Below, piece after piece: positions 20,251 through 28,785 of a stretch of 34,708 bases of DNA; position 1 is the first letter of the stretch; each line of letters begins with the position of its first letter. Made by a program: the position numbers and the translations under genes. The stretch is taken from positions 1 through 34,708 of the forward strand of contig JAVBNG010000056.1 of NCBI GenBank assembly GCA_031551695.1. The letters run 5' to 3'. The DNA is from Oscillospiraceae bacterium. GTDB taxonomy: Bacteria; Bacillota; Clostridia; Oscillospirales; Ruminococcaceae. The notes beneath the pieces were generated by a model, which saw only the letters and a list, made by a program, of their open reading frames with translations, ran no database searches and had not been told where the DNA came from.

Positions 20251-21336
20251 CTAAGTTCCCATCACTTCAAGATATGTCTCCGGTGTAACAAGCGTGGAAT
20301 CCAGCAGCCGCTTGCCGTATTGCTCGCCTTCGGCCTTGAAGTCCTGCCAGGGTTTTAGCCCGCTGGTGTACCAGTCCATCACCGCAATGGCCATCAGGTG
20401 GCCGGCCTGCACACCGTTGATATAGGCCGAGGCCTTAAAGCACGCCGTCCCCTTTTTAAATTCCTCCCTGGCCGCGTAGCCGCCCACGCCTGCCACGGCG
20501 GCGCTGTCCTCTTTGCCGCTTTGCTCCAGCACGCGGCAAACGCTTGCCGCGCCTTCGTCCGTGGGGGCCATGGCCACCCAATAGCGGATGCCCGGATGGG
20601 CCACAATGGCCGCCGACGCCGCATTGAAGGCGGCCTGCCCGGTGCCGTCGTAATCGGCGTAATACATGCGTTCCGCCGGGAAATCCGGCAATTTTTCAAG
20701 GAATCCGGCCACGGCGCCCTCGTGCCTGGCGATATAGTCGGAGGTGCTTTTCATGGTAAGGCACAAAAACCCCACGCCGCCGGTGTCGATCTCGTTTTCC
20801 AGCAAATGGCCGCCCAAAAAGCGCCCAATCTCCAGCCCGCAGGCGTAGCTGTCCACCGCGATGGCCGGGGCCAGCAGACGGCCGCCGTCATCGATCAGCG
20901 GGTCGGAATCGGCCAGCAGTAAAATACCCGCCTGGCCGCACCGCTGCACCGTCACCTTGCTCAAATGCTCGTCCGGAGGGCACACAACCAGGCAGTCGAC
21001 CCCCTGGGTGATCATGTCGTCCAGCGCCACAAGGTAATTGGTGGGGCTCATCTGGGTGTCGGCAACCAACACCCTGGAGGCCCCGCGCTGCAAGCAGCTG
21101 GTTTCCAGCGAGCGCGCCACGTGGGTGAACCACGGCTGGGACAGTTCCTTGCAAATGTACCCCACCACCGGGCCCGGTTTTTCCGCCACGGTGCTTTCGC
21201 CTGAAAAGGCGCTTTGCGGCGCGGCGCCGCAGCCTGCAAGGGCGGCGGCGAGCAACAGGGCCAAAAAGGAGAAAAAACGTTTTTTCCCCCGCCCGGCTTC
21301 CGCCGGGGTGTACAAACCGTAAAAACGTGTTACCAT
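20251..21336 (-). CDS. Type-I periplasmic-binding-protein fold (RbsB/LacI-like Peripla_BP) sugar-binding lipoprotein, first gene of the ABC operon
   Basis: Lipoprotein signal ... FFSFLALLLAAALAGC. PBP1-like pattern of alternating beta-alpha (VGYICKELSQPWF ... VDCLVVCP ... ). GGAGA RBS before the ATG at 21336. Confidence 0.7.
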   Translation of the reverse strand: MVTRFYGLYTPAEAGRGKKRFFSFLALLLAAALAGCGAAPQSAFSGESTVAEKPGPVVGYICKELSQPWFTHVARSLETSCLQRGASRVLVADTQMSPTNYLVALDDMITQGVDCLVVCPPDEHLSKVTVQRCGQAGILLLADSDPLIDDGGRLLAPAIAVDSYACGLEIGRFLGGHLLENEIDTGGVGFLCLTMKSTSDYIARHEGAVAGFLEKLPDFPAERMYYADYDGTGQAAFNAASAAIVAHPGIRYWVAMAPTDEGAASVCRVLEQSGKEDSAAVAGVGGYAAREEFKKGTACFKASAYINGVQAGHLMAIAVMDWYTSGLKPWQDFKAEGEQYGKRLLDSTLVTPETYLEVMGT

Positions 21337-21517
21337 AATATTCTCCGCATGTTTTTCGGTAAATCAATTATACTTGGTACGGCTCCGACAATCATTCAAC
21401 ATCATTCGCATTTTGTCAATAATTGATATTTTTTACAAGTAAATCTTTATCCTCTCCGGCGTAATTGCTATACTGTAACCACGGGAAGGCGGCGGCACAA
21501 AAAGGAGCAATGTGCGT

Positions 21518-23272
21518 ATGCATGAACAAAAGGCCAAGAAGGAAAAACAGCCGCGCATCCGCCGGCTCAGCTTCCAAATGACCCTGTATTTTTCCGTGGT
21601 CATCGTCATCACCTTCCTCACTCTGGCCCTTCTCATCAGCAATTTGTTTGCCGGGCAGCTGATGAAGGAGATGGACGACGTACTGAACAGGAAAATGGGC
21701 CTGATGGACAGCGAGCTGAAAAACCAGCTTTTGCAGGTGCAGGCCCTGCACGCCAGCCTCATCAACGACAACATCCTGCGCACCGGCATGCTGAACGTGC
21801 GCGAAAACGGCGTGGACGCCGCCGGCATGGGCATCATACAGGGCCATTTAACCAGCTTTGCCCGCCAGGCCTCTTATGTTACATCCATTGTGGCATTTGA
21901 CGCCAACCAGAATATTTTGCATTCCTACTATTCCCTGCCGCCCTATTCCAGCCTGGTGGCAAAGTCGGAGGAGTTCAAGGCGTTTCACGCCTCGGCCCGC
22001 ACGCGCAGCTTTACTAGGCCAGATTCTTTTCCCGTGGCCATGGGCTCGCAGGACAGTGGCAGCATCACCTATCTCGGCCTTTTGTATGACCCCGTAGAAG
22101 ACTACGAAACCCTCGGCACCGTGGCCATCAACCTAAAAACAAGCTTTCTGTTTTCCTCCCTTGCCCCGCTGGCAGCCGATTCTTTTGACGCCTGCTTCCT
22201 CACCGGGCCGGACGGCGCCGTTGTTTACAGCACGGCGCGGGAAGGCTTCCAAAGCCTGGGCCCGGCGGATGTAGACAGCTCCTTTCGGATGTACTGCACC
22301 CAAGTGTCCGGCTATCCGGATTGGAAGCTTACCTGCGTGCTGCGTGAATCGGCATTCCAGTCCGGCCTTGTGGACATGTACAAGGTGGTCATCGGCATGT
22401 CTTTGGTGGCGCTGTTTTTCGTCATTTTGCTCAGCTTTTACATCGCCAAAACCATCACCCGCCCCATCGACCGTATGAAGAGCGCCATGGTCATCCTTGG
22501 CGCGGGGGACTACCCGCCGGAAATCACGGCAAACTCCGGCGGCGAAATGCGGGAACTGGTTGTGGGCTTCAACACCATGGTAAGCGACATCCGCCGCCTC
22601 ACCGGGGAGATTATTGAAAAGCAGGAGAAGGAAAAGGAGTATGAGGTGGCCATGGTACAAACCCGGCTGGATCTGCTACAGCTGCAAATCAACCCCCACT
22701 TTATCCACAACACGCTGAATAGCATGAAATATATGGCACAGACCGCCCACAACGACGAACTTGTGGAAACCATCACCGCTTTCAATGCCCTTTTGCGAGC
22801 CAGCATGTCCTCTTTGCAGGAACAGGCCAGCGTGATGGAAGAGATTGTAAACACCCAGAATTACCTGCACTTGCAGCGCGGGCGGTATGGGTTTGCAATC
22901 GGATTTCACCACGAAACAGGCGATGAAGCGCAGTTTGCCCTGCTGCCAAAACTGATTTTGCAGCCCATTGTGGAAAATGCGCTGTTCCACGGCATTGCCC
23001 CGGCAGATGGCGGAAACATCTTCTGCCGTTTTGAAAAGCAGGGCAACGCGCTGGTGGTGACAGTGCGGGACGACGGCGTGGGCATCCCGGAAGAAAAGCT
23101 TGCCGACATTGCAGGTGGCAAGATGGAAAGCGGCCGCAGCTACAGCCACATCGGCCTTGCCAATGTGAACCAGCGGCTGGTGCTGCTGTACGGCGAAGGC
23201 AGCCATTTGCAAATGAACAGCAAAGAAGGGCGCGGCACCACCGTCACTTTTCAAATTCCATTCATCACCTGA
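21518..23272 (+). CDS. YesM/LytS-family sensor histidine kinase (2 TM, approximately 250-aa extracytoplasmic domain, HAMP, His_kinase PF06580, HATPase_c)
   Basis: Diagnostic LQLQINPHFIHNTLNSMKYM box. HATPase GGNIF ... DDGVGI ... The ATG at 21518 is 9 nt after AAGGAG. The GTG at 21512 is an alternative start. Confidence 0.8.
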   Translation: MHEQKAKKEKQPRIRRLSFQMTLYFSVVIVITFLTLALLISNLFAGQLMKEMDDVLNRKMGLMDSELKNQLLQVQALHASLINDNILRTGMLNVRENGVDAAGMGIIQGHLTSFARQASYVTSIVAFDANQNILHSYYSLPPYSSLVAKSEEFKAFHASARTRSFTRPDSFPVAMGSQDSGSITYLGLLYDPVEDYETLGTVAINLKTSFLFSSLAPLAADSFDACFLTGPDGAVVYSTAREGFQSLGPADVDSSFRMYCTQVSGYPDWKLTCVLRESAFQSGLVDMYKVVIGMSLVALFFVILLSFYIAKTITRPIDRMKSAMVILGAGDYPPEITANSGGEMRELVVGFNTMVSDIRRLTGEIIEKQEKEKEYEVAMVQTRLDLLQLQINPHFIHNTLNSMKYMAQTAHNDELVETITAFNALLRASMSSLQEQASVMEEIVNTQNYLHLQRGRYGFAIGFHHETGDEAQFALLPKLILQPIVENALFHGIAPADGGNIFCRFEKQGNALVVTVRDDGVGIPEEKLADIAGGKMESGRSYSHIGLANVNQRLVLLYGEGSHLQMNSKEGRGTTVTFQIPFIT

Positions 23273-23281
23273 GGGAGAACC

Positions 23282-24844
23282 ATGAAAACCATTCTATTGG
23301 TCGATGACGAATTCCCCGCACGCCAGATGGTGAAAAGCATGGTGGACTGGGGGAAAAGCGGCTTCACCGTGATGTATGAGGCAAAAAACGGCGCCGAAGC
23401 CCTGCAGCTGTATCGCCAGCACAAACCGGACCTTATCATCAGCGATATCCAGATGCCGGTGATGGACGGGCTGGAACTGCTGTCTGCCATCCGTGAAACA
23501 GACCCGCAGCAGTTGTTCATCATCCTCAGCTGCTTCGAACGGTTCGACTACGCGCGGCAGTTGGTGCGCCTTGGAGGACTCGATTACCTCATCAAAGACA
23601 CCCTCACGCCGGAAGGGCTGTACACCGCTTTGCAGCAAGCAAAGGGGAGGCTGGAACCGGCGCAAAAGGATGCCGGAACCGCCGGCAAAGCAGTTCTGGC
23701 GCAGCCCTCCGCCTGCAGCCTGGCCCTGCGGCGGTGGCTGCGTGGCGAAAATGGCGAAGAGACCGCGCGGCAGCTGAGGGAGGCGGCGGAAGAGGACGGA
23801 CGTTTTCTGCTGGCCTGCGCAAAGCTGGAGGGCGGCGGCAGGACTCAGCCGGATGCGCTGGCAGCGTGGCTGGAAGGCCTGCCGGATATTCCCGGCTGGC
23901 GCGGCCGTGCCGCGGGCCCCGGCGGGGAAATCCTGCTGTATTTGTCACTGCCAAAAAACGGGGGCGAGGATGACCCGGCCCGCAAATATGCCCTGCTGCA
24001 GGCGGTGAAAGCCGTGCTGGAAAGCGGTGACGGCAACAGGGCCACACTGGGGGTAAGCGCGGTGCACAAAACCGCCGACGAATTGCCCGCCGCGCGCGCA
24101 GAAAGCGAAGACGCCTTACGCTACCGTTTATTTTTGGGGCAGGGGAATATTTTGTATTACAACCCTTTGCAAAACGCCAGCCATGCCGTGCAGCACCGGC
24201 AGTTGGAAACGCGCATTGCCAATTTACGCGCCGCCCTTGCGGCGGACGAGATGGCCACAGTGAATGGCAATTTGGACAATTTGTACGGCGCAAACCTGCA
24301 CGGCGTCATGCACCTGAATTACCTTACCTACCTCAATTCGGTCTTGTGGGGCATGCTGGCGGAAGAGCGCATGCTGCGCGGCCAGATAGACGCGCCCGGC
24401 GGAGACGGCCCGAAAACAGCGGCGGATGTTTTACGGCTGGGCAGCGTGGAGGAAATGAAAAACACCTTCAGCGGCGCTTTCACGGCTCTTTCAAGCGCCT
24501 GCCGGCGGCAGTCCGCCCCGGAATACAGCCAGCGCGTGCGCCATATCATCCAGTACATCGGCGAGCATTTGGCCGAGGATGTCAGCCTGGACGTGCTGGC
24601 CCGCCATTTTCAAACCCACAAAACCCATCTTGCCCGCACTTTTAAGGAAGAAACCGGCTTGGGCGTGCAGGAGTTCATTCGGCAAGCGCGTATCGAAGAG
24701 GCAAAAAACCTTTTGATGAACAGCCAAATGCGGGTCAACGAGATCGTTTACCATGTGGGCTTCAAAAACGCACAGAACTTTTACACTTTATTCACCCGCT
24801 ATGTGGGCCTTACACCAAAGGCATTCCGCGATCAATATGGTTAG
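23282..24844 (+). CDS. YesN-like response regulator (REC + C-terminal AraC-type HTH)
   Basis: REC LLVDDEFPARQ ... LIISDIQMPVMDG. C-terminal AraC helix-turn-helix ... FKNAQNFYTLFTRYVGLTPKAFR. GGAGGGAG RBS. Confidence 0.85.
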   Translation: MKTILLVDDEFPARQMVKSMVDWGKSGFTVMYEAKNGAEALQLYRQHKPDLIISDIQMPVMDGLELLSAIRETDPQQLFIILSCFERFDYARQLVRLGGLDYLIKDTLTPEGLYTALQQAKGRLEPAQKDAGTAGKAVLAQPSACSLALRRWLRGENGEETARQLREAAEEDGRFLLACAKLEGGGRTQPDALAAWLEGLPDIPGWRGRAAGPGGEILLYLSLPKNGGEDDPARKYALLQAVKAVLESGDGNRATLGVSAVHKTADELPAARAESEDALRYRLFLGQGNILYYNPLQNASHAVQHRQLETRIANLRAALAADEMATVNGNLDNLYGANLHGVMHLNYLTYLNSVLWGMLAEERMLRGQIDAPGGDGPKTAADVLRLGSVEEMKNTFSGAFTALSSACRRQSAPEYSQRVRHIIQYIGEHLAEDVSLDVLARHFQTHKTHLARTFKEETGLGVQEFIRQARIEEAKNLLMNSQMRVNEIVYHVGFKNAQNFYTLFTRYVGLTPKAFRDQYG

Positions 24845-24889
24845 CGGGCCAGATAAGCAGAAACCGAAAGCACGAAAGGCGTGGTTGGG

Positions 24890-25909
24890 ATGCGGCGCGT
24901 GAAAAGATGGATGGCGCTGGCGGCGGCGTTGCTTTTGTTCTCTTTTTGTGCCTGCGGCAGGCAAAGCGTACAAAGCGCGGCCGGCGACGCGGCGGCGGCA
25001 CCGGCGGCCGGGCAGGCTGCTATGCGGGCGGCCGGCCTGCGGGCAGCCGTGGTGCTGGATGGCCCGGCGAACGGCCGCGCCTGGAACGCGGACTGCTGCG
25101 CGGGCCTTTTGCAAGCCCGCGACATTTTGGGCTACGAAATCGACATTGCCGAAAATGTTGCCCCGGCGGACTTCGAGCAGGCCTTCCGCGCCTACGCCGA
25201 GGCCGGGTACGACCTGATCATCGCGCCGGGGCTGCAATATCTGCCCGCGGTGGAAGCTCTTTACGCCGATTACCCCGGCACCCATTTTGCGGGCTTCAAT
25301 TTTCCTTTCACGGCCGGCAATGTAACGTCGCTCAACTTCAACCACCTGCAGGCAGGCTTTTTGGCCGGCGCCCTCGCCGGGCTGTGCACAAAAACGGGCT
25401 CCGTCGGCTTCATCGGCGGTGACGAGGTTTCCTCTACCATGAATGTCATGCGCGGTGCCGGCCAGGGCATTCGCCATGTGCGGGGCGATGTGCAGTTCAC
25501 GGTTTCCACCGTCGGCGCATGGAATGACCCCGCCAAGGCAAAAGGTCTGGCGCAAACACAGATAGGATCCCAGGGCGTGGACGTGATTTTGGCTTACGGG
25601 GACGGCGGCAACCGGGGTGTTGTGGAAGCTGCGGAAGGCAAGGCGGCCTGCATCGTGGTGGACGCCATTGACGCGCGCGTCACCGCCCCGGACACTGTGT
25701 GCGGCGGTGTTTTGCTAAGCAACAGCGCCATGGTATTGTTTGCGGCAGACATCGTGGCCGCAGGCCAAAGCGGGCGGGCCGTGGTTGGCGATGTAGCGAA
25801 CGGTGTGGTGCGGCTGGGTTCCTTTGGCACAGCGGTGGACGGAGCCACGGCGGAAACACTTGGGGGCATTTACGATGATATCGCGTCCGGCAACATAACG
25901 ATTACCTGA
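24890..25909 (+). CDS. Second, divergent BMP-family lipoprotein, encoded immediately after the YesM/YesN pair
   Basis: Signal MRRVKRWMALAAALLLFSFCAC. BMP-like core GRAWNADCCAGL ... YDLIIAPGLQYLPA. The GTG at 24881 is an alternative start. Confidence 0.75.
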   Translation: MRRVKRWMALAAALLLFSFCACGRQSVQSAAGDAAAAPAAGQAAMRAAGLRAAVVLDGPANGRAWNADCCAGLLQARDILGYEIDIAENVAPADFEQAFRAYAEAGYDLIIAPGLQYLPAVEALYADYPGTHFAGFNFPFTAGNVTSLNFNHLQAGFLAGALAGLCTKTGSVGFIGGDEVSSTMNVMRGAGQGIRHVRGDVQFTVSTVGAWNDPAKAKGLAQTQIGSQGVDVILAYGDGGNRGVVEAAEGKAACIVVDAIDARVTAPDTVCGGVLLSNSAMVLFAADIVAAGQSGRAVVGDVANGVVRLGSFGTAVDGATAETLGGIYDDIASGNITIT

Positions 25910-25929
25910 ATTTGCGCAAGCCTACACAA

Positions 25930-25968
25930 AAATAGCCCGGGCAGCTTGCCGCCCGGGCTGTTTCGTTT
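25930..25968. terminator. Bidirectional terminator between the BMP lipoprotein gene and the convergent metal-transport operon
   Basis: agcccgggc ... gcccgggct stem followed by GTTTCGTTTGG. Preceded by AAAAATA. Confidence 0.5.
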
Positions 25969-25986
25969 GGCCAAACGAAATATCTC

Positions 25987-26139
25987 TCAATGCTTGTGCT
26001 CTTCCTTGTGCTCATGGCCGTGGTCATGGCTGTCCTTTTTTACAGGGTTGCCGTTTTCGTCCAGTTCCTCTTCCGTGCCAAACAAGTCGTCCATATCCTC
26101 AAGGTCGTCCAAAATCCCGTGATGTCCCTCGTGCATCAT
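25987..26139 (-). CDS. Small ORF (50 aa) encoding an acidic His-rich peptide MMHEGHHGILDDLEDMDDLFGTEEELDENGNPVKKDSHDHGHEHKEEHKH. Absent from the supplied ORF track.
   Basis: Translated by hand from the minus strand. A strong AAAGGAGGTG RBS lies 6 nt before the ATG-ATG. It sits 34 nt downstream of the 194-aa gene in the ATPase operon. 9 of 50 residues are His. Confidence 0.5.
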   Translation of the reverse strand: MMHEGHHGILDDLEDMDDLFGTEEELDENGNPVKKDSHDHGHEHKEEHKH

Positions 26140-26173
26140 CGCTGTCACCTCCTTTTATCGTTTGTATCCAAGC

Positions 26174-26758
26174 TCATTCCGGGTCGTACAGGTACATCCG
26201 CTTGGCTTTGTAATTGGTTTCGCAAGTCTCTATCCAATCCTCCGGGATCTCCCCCAAGGGAAAGCGCGCCACCATGCAAGGCTCAATGTAGCCGGGAAAA
26301 ATGGAGCGGTCCTCCGGCAAAACGTCGCTTTCATAGCACAAAATTTCAAGGCCGTGCTTGTAAACGCTCAGGGTTTCGGCGTCCAGGTCGATATGGTACT
26401 GCCAGCGGCAGCGCCACCCCAGCAAAAACGAGCTGTAATCCACCATGAAGGGGTAACGATCCCGGATGGGGGCAAGGGCGTCCTTCGTATATTTCAGCGC
26501 CTCCACCCAGCCGAAATCGTCCGTCCAGGTTTGTTCGGGCATATATTTTTTGTAGCCCTCGCGCTGGGCGGGCGTCATCGGGTCGTCTTGGTTTACCAAT
26601 GTAATGCCGTCGTATATTTCGCATAGTTCATTAACGGAATTTTCCCGGCAGAACGCCACCACTCGCCTGCCCATCACGCGCAGCTCCGCGTTGCGGTGCA
26701 CATAGCTCGCTTTTTGCCTGCCGTCCTTTATCAGGACGATCACACCTTTTTTTGCCAT
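26174..26758 (-). CDS. Hypothetical cytoplasmic protein (194 aa) with no recognisable family, co-operonic with the P1B ATPase
   Basis: The ATG at 26758 (MAKKGVIVLIKDG ...) lies 13 nt after the ATPase stop. The N-terminal 28 codons of the ORF-track entry overlap the ATPase gene. Confidence 0.6.
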   Translation of the reverse strand: MAKKGVIVLIKDGRQKASYVHRNAELRVMGRRVVAFCRENSVNELCEIYDGITLVNQDDPMTPAQREGYKKYMPEQTWTDDFGWVEALKYTKDALAPIRDRYPFMVDYSSFLLGWRCRWQYHIDLDAETLSVYKHGLEILCYESDVLPEDRSIFPGYIEPCMVARFPLGEIPEDWIETCETNYKAKRMYLYDPE

Positions 26759-26771
26759 GTTCCGCCCCTTT

Positions 26772-28697
26772 CTATTTTTCGCCCGCGAATTTCCAGCCCA
26801 GCAGGCGGGACGAGTTGAGCACGACGAAAATGGACGACGCATTGTGGATGATGGCGGCTAAAATCGGGTTCAAAAAACCGAGGCCCGACAGCGCGATGCC
26901 GATGACATTCACGAATACGGCAAACACCCAAATATTTTGCTGGATGATGCGGTAGGTGCGGCGGCACAGGGCAAAAATGGCGGGCAGAGCGTCGATATTG
27001 TCCGACATCAGGGTGATGGACGCCGCCTCAATGGCAACGTCCGTGCCCGCGGCCCCCATGGCGATGCCCACGTCCGCCAGCGCCAGCGCGGGCGCGTCGT
27101 TCACGCCGTCGCCCACCATGGCCACCACTTCGCCCTTCGCCTTCATTTCTTTAATGGCGTCCAGCTTTTCCTCCGGCAGCAGGTTCGCCTTGAACTCGTC
27201 AATGCCCGCCTCGGCGCAAATGGCCTTCGCCGTGTACTCGTTGTCGCCGGTCAGCATCACGATATGCTGGATGCCGATGTCCCTTAGCTTTTGCATGGAA
27301 GCAGGCACGGTTTCGCGGATGGTGTCCGCCACAGAGAGCGCCCCCAGCACCCGGCCGTCCTTCACGGCAACCAGCGCCGTGCGGCCAAAGCTCTCTTCCT
27401 GCCGCACAAAGGGCATGATTTCGTCCGCTCCCGCGGGGGCGTCCTCCAGCAGCTTTTTGTTCGAAACCTCATACACCGCGCCGTTGTCCACAGCCTTCAC
27501 GCCCCGGCCAAACAGCATTTCAAATTCGGCGTTGGGGATGTCTTTCATCCTCATCTGTTTTTGGCCTGTTAAAAACGAAACAACGGCCTTTGCAATGGGG
27601 TGGTTCGAGTTCTTCTCGCAAACAGCCAAGCTATACAAAAACTCTTCCTCCGAAGCGCCCGGGGCAACCTGCGTCGCAATCACCTCCGGCGTACCGTTTG
27701 TGATGGTGCCGGTTTTATCAAGGCACAGGGTGGTCACTTTGGCGCTTGTTTCAATGGCCACGCCGCCTTTGATGAGCACGCCGCGCTTGGCCCGGTTGCC
27801 CACGCTGGCCACCACCGCCGTGGGCGTGGCCAGCACCAGCGCGCAGGGGCACGCGATGACAAGGATGGTCATCACACGCATGATGTCCCGCGTGATGAGG
27901 AACGTGATGACGCAGATGACAAGGATGATGGGCAAAAAATACTGGGCGAACACGTCGGCGGATTTTTGGGCGTCGCCCTTGTTCTCCTGCGCGGCCTTCA
28001 CCGTGGCGATGATTTTGCCCAGCACGGTGTTGCTGCCCAGCTTTTCCGCCTCTATCTCAATCACGCCGGTCTCGTTCAACGTGCCCACAAACACCTTGTC
28101 GCCCACGGTTTTGTCCGCCGGCATGGACTCGCCCGTGATGGACGCCTCGTTGATGGCGGCCTGCCCCTTTTTGATCACGCCGTCTACCGCTATTTTTTCG
28201 CCCGCGCGCACCTGGATCATGCTGCCCACGCGCACGCTTTTCAGCGGCACTTCTTTGTACTCGCCGTCCACCAGCATACGGCAGGTGGGCGGCACCAGGC
28301 GAATGAGCTCCCGCACGGCGTTTTTGGTTTTCTCCATGGTCAAATCTTCCAAAAACTCGCCGAAGATCATCATGAACGCCACAATGGCGCCGGACAGGTA
28401 TTCCCCCACCGCCGTGGTGCCGATGAGGGCCAGCACCACCAGCATGCCCGCGGTGATTTTCTTTTTGGCGATGGTTGCCTGCACGGTGGACTTGATAACG
28501 AACACCCCGCCCAGAACAAGCGGGAGGATGGACACGGGGAACGGAATGACCCCCACCCACAAATAATCGAACAGCGCGCCCAGAACGATGAGCACCGCCA
28601 GCACGGCGGGGAAAATGAACACTTTAAAATTAAAAGACGATTTTTTCTTCGCCTTTTGGGCCGCAGCCGCTGCAGCCGGCTGTTTCACTGCTTCCAT
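26772..28697 (-). CDS. P1B-type heavy-metal translocating ATPase with no N-terminal metal-binding (HMA/CxxC) domain
   Basis: CPC motif in VIACPCALVLATPTAV. DKTGTIT phosphorylation site. GDGVNDAPAL hinge. HNASSIFVVLNS in the last TM. The ATG at 28697 has a GGGAGG RBS. The GTG at 28727 from the ORF track is probably upstream leader. Confidence 0.85.
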   Translation of the reverse strand: MEAVKQPAAAAAAQKAKKKSSFNFKVFIFPAVLAVLIVLGALFDYLWVGVIPFPVSILPLVLGGVFVIKSTVQATIAKKKITAGMLVVLALIGTTAVGEYLSGAIVAFMMIFGEFLEDLTMEKTKNAVRELIRLVPPTCRMLVDGEYKEVPLKSVRVGSMIQVRAGEKIAVDGVIKKGQAAINEASITGESMPADKTVGDKVFVGTLNETGVIEIEAEKLGSNTVLGKIIATVKAAQENKGDAQKSADVFAQYFLPIILVICVITFLITRDIMRVMTILVIACPCALVLATPTAVVASVGNRAKRGVLIKGGVAIETSAKVTTLCLDKTGTITNGTPEVIATQVAPGASEEEFLYSLAVCEKNSNHPIAKAVVSFLTGQKQMRMKDIPNAEFEMLFGRGVKAVDNGAVYEVSNKKLLEDAPAGADEIMPFVRQEESFGRTALVAVKDGRVLGALSVADTIRETVPASMQKLRDIGIQHIVMLTGDNEYTAKAICAEAGIDEFKANLLPEEKLDAIKEMKAKGEVVAMVGDGVNDAPALALADVGIAMGAAGTDVAIEAASITLMSDNIDALPAIFALCRRTYRIIQQNIWVFAVFVNVIGIALSGLGFLNPILAAIIHNASSIFVVLNSSRLLGWKFAGEK

Positions 28698-28727
28698 GGT
28701 CGCGCCTCCCTCAGTCTTGCATCCCAC

Positions 28728-28785
28728 ATCCCCCCATGGGGGTTATTCTTGTGTTCATTATATGCCCCTTGCCGCGGGTTGTCAA
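28728..28785 (-). promoter_or_regulatory. Promoter-operator module A: TTGACA (28785-28780), 17 nt, TATAAT (28762-28757), then the palindrome ATCCCCCCATGGGGGTTAT (28728-28746) in the leader of the ATPase operon
   Basis: Consensus hexamers with ideal 17-nt spacing, read on the minus strand. The C6-AT-G5 tract palindrome flanked by AT matches the CsoR/RcnR operator architecture. Confidence 0.6.

Noticed and set aside
25990-26448. 152-aa + strand ORF (MLVLFLVLMAVVMAV ...)
   Set aside because: It is antisense to the His-rich peptide gene and the 3' end of the 194-aa gene. Its hydrophobic N-terminus is the complement of the acidic/His codons. No RBS, and it runs through a bidirectional terminator.
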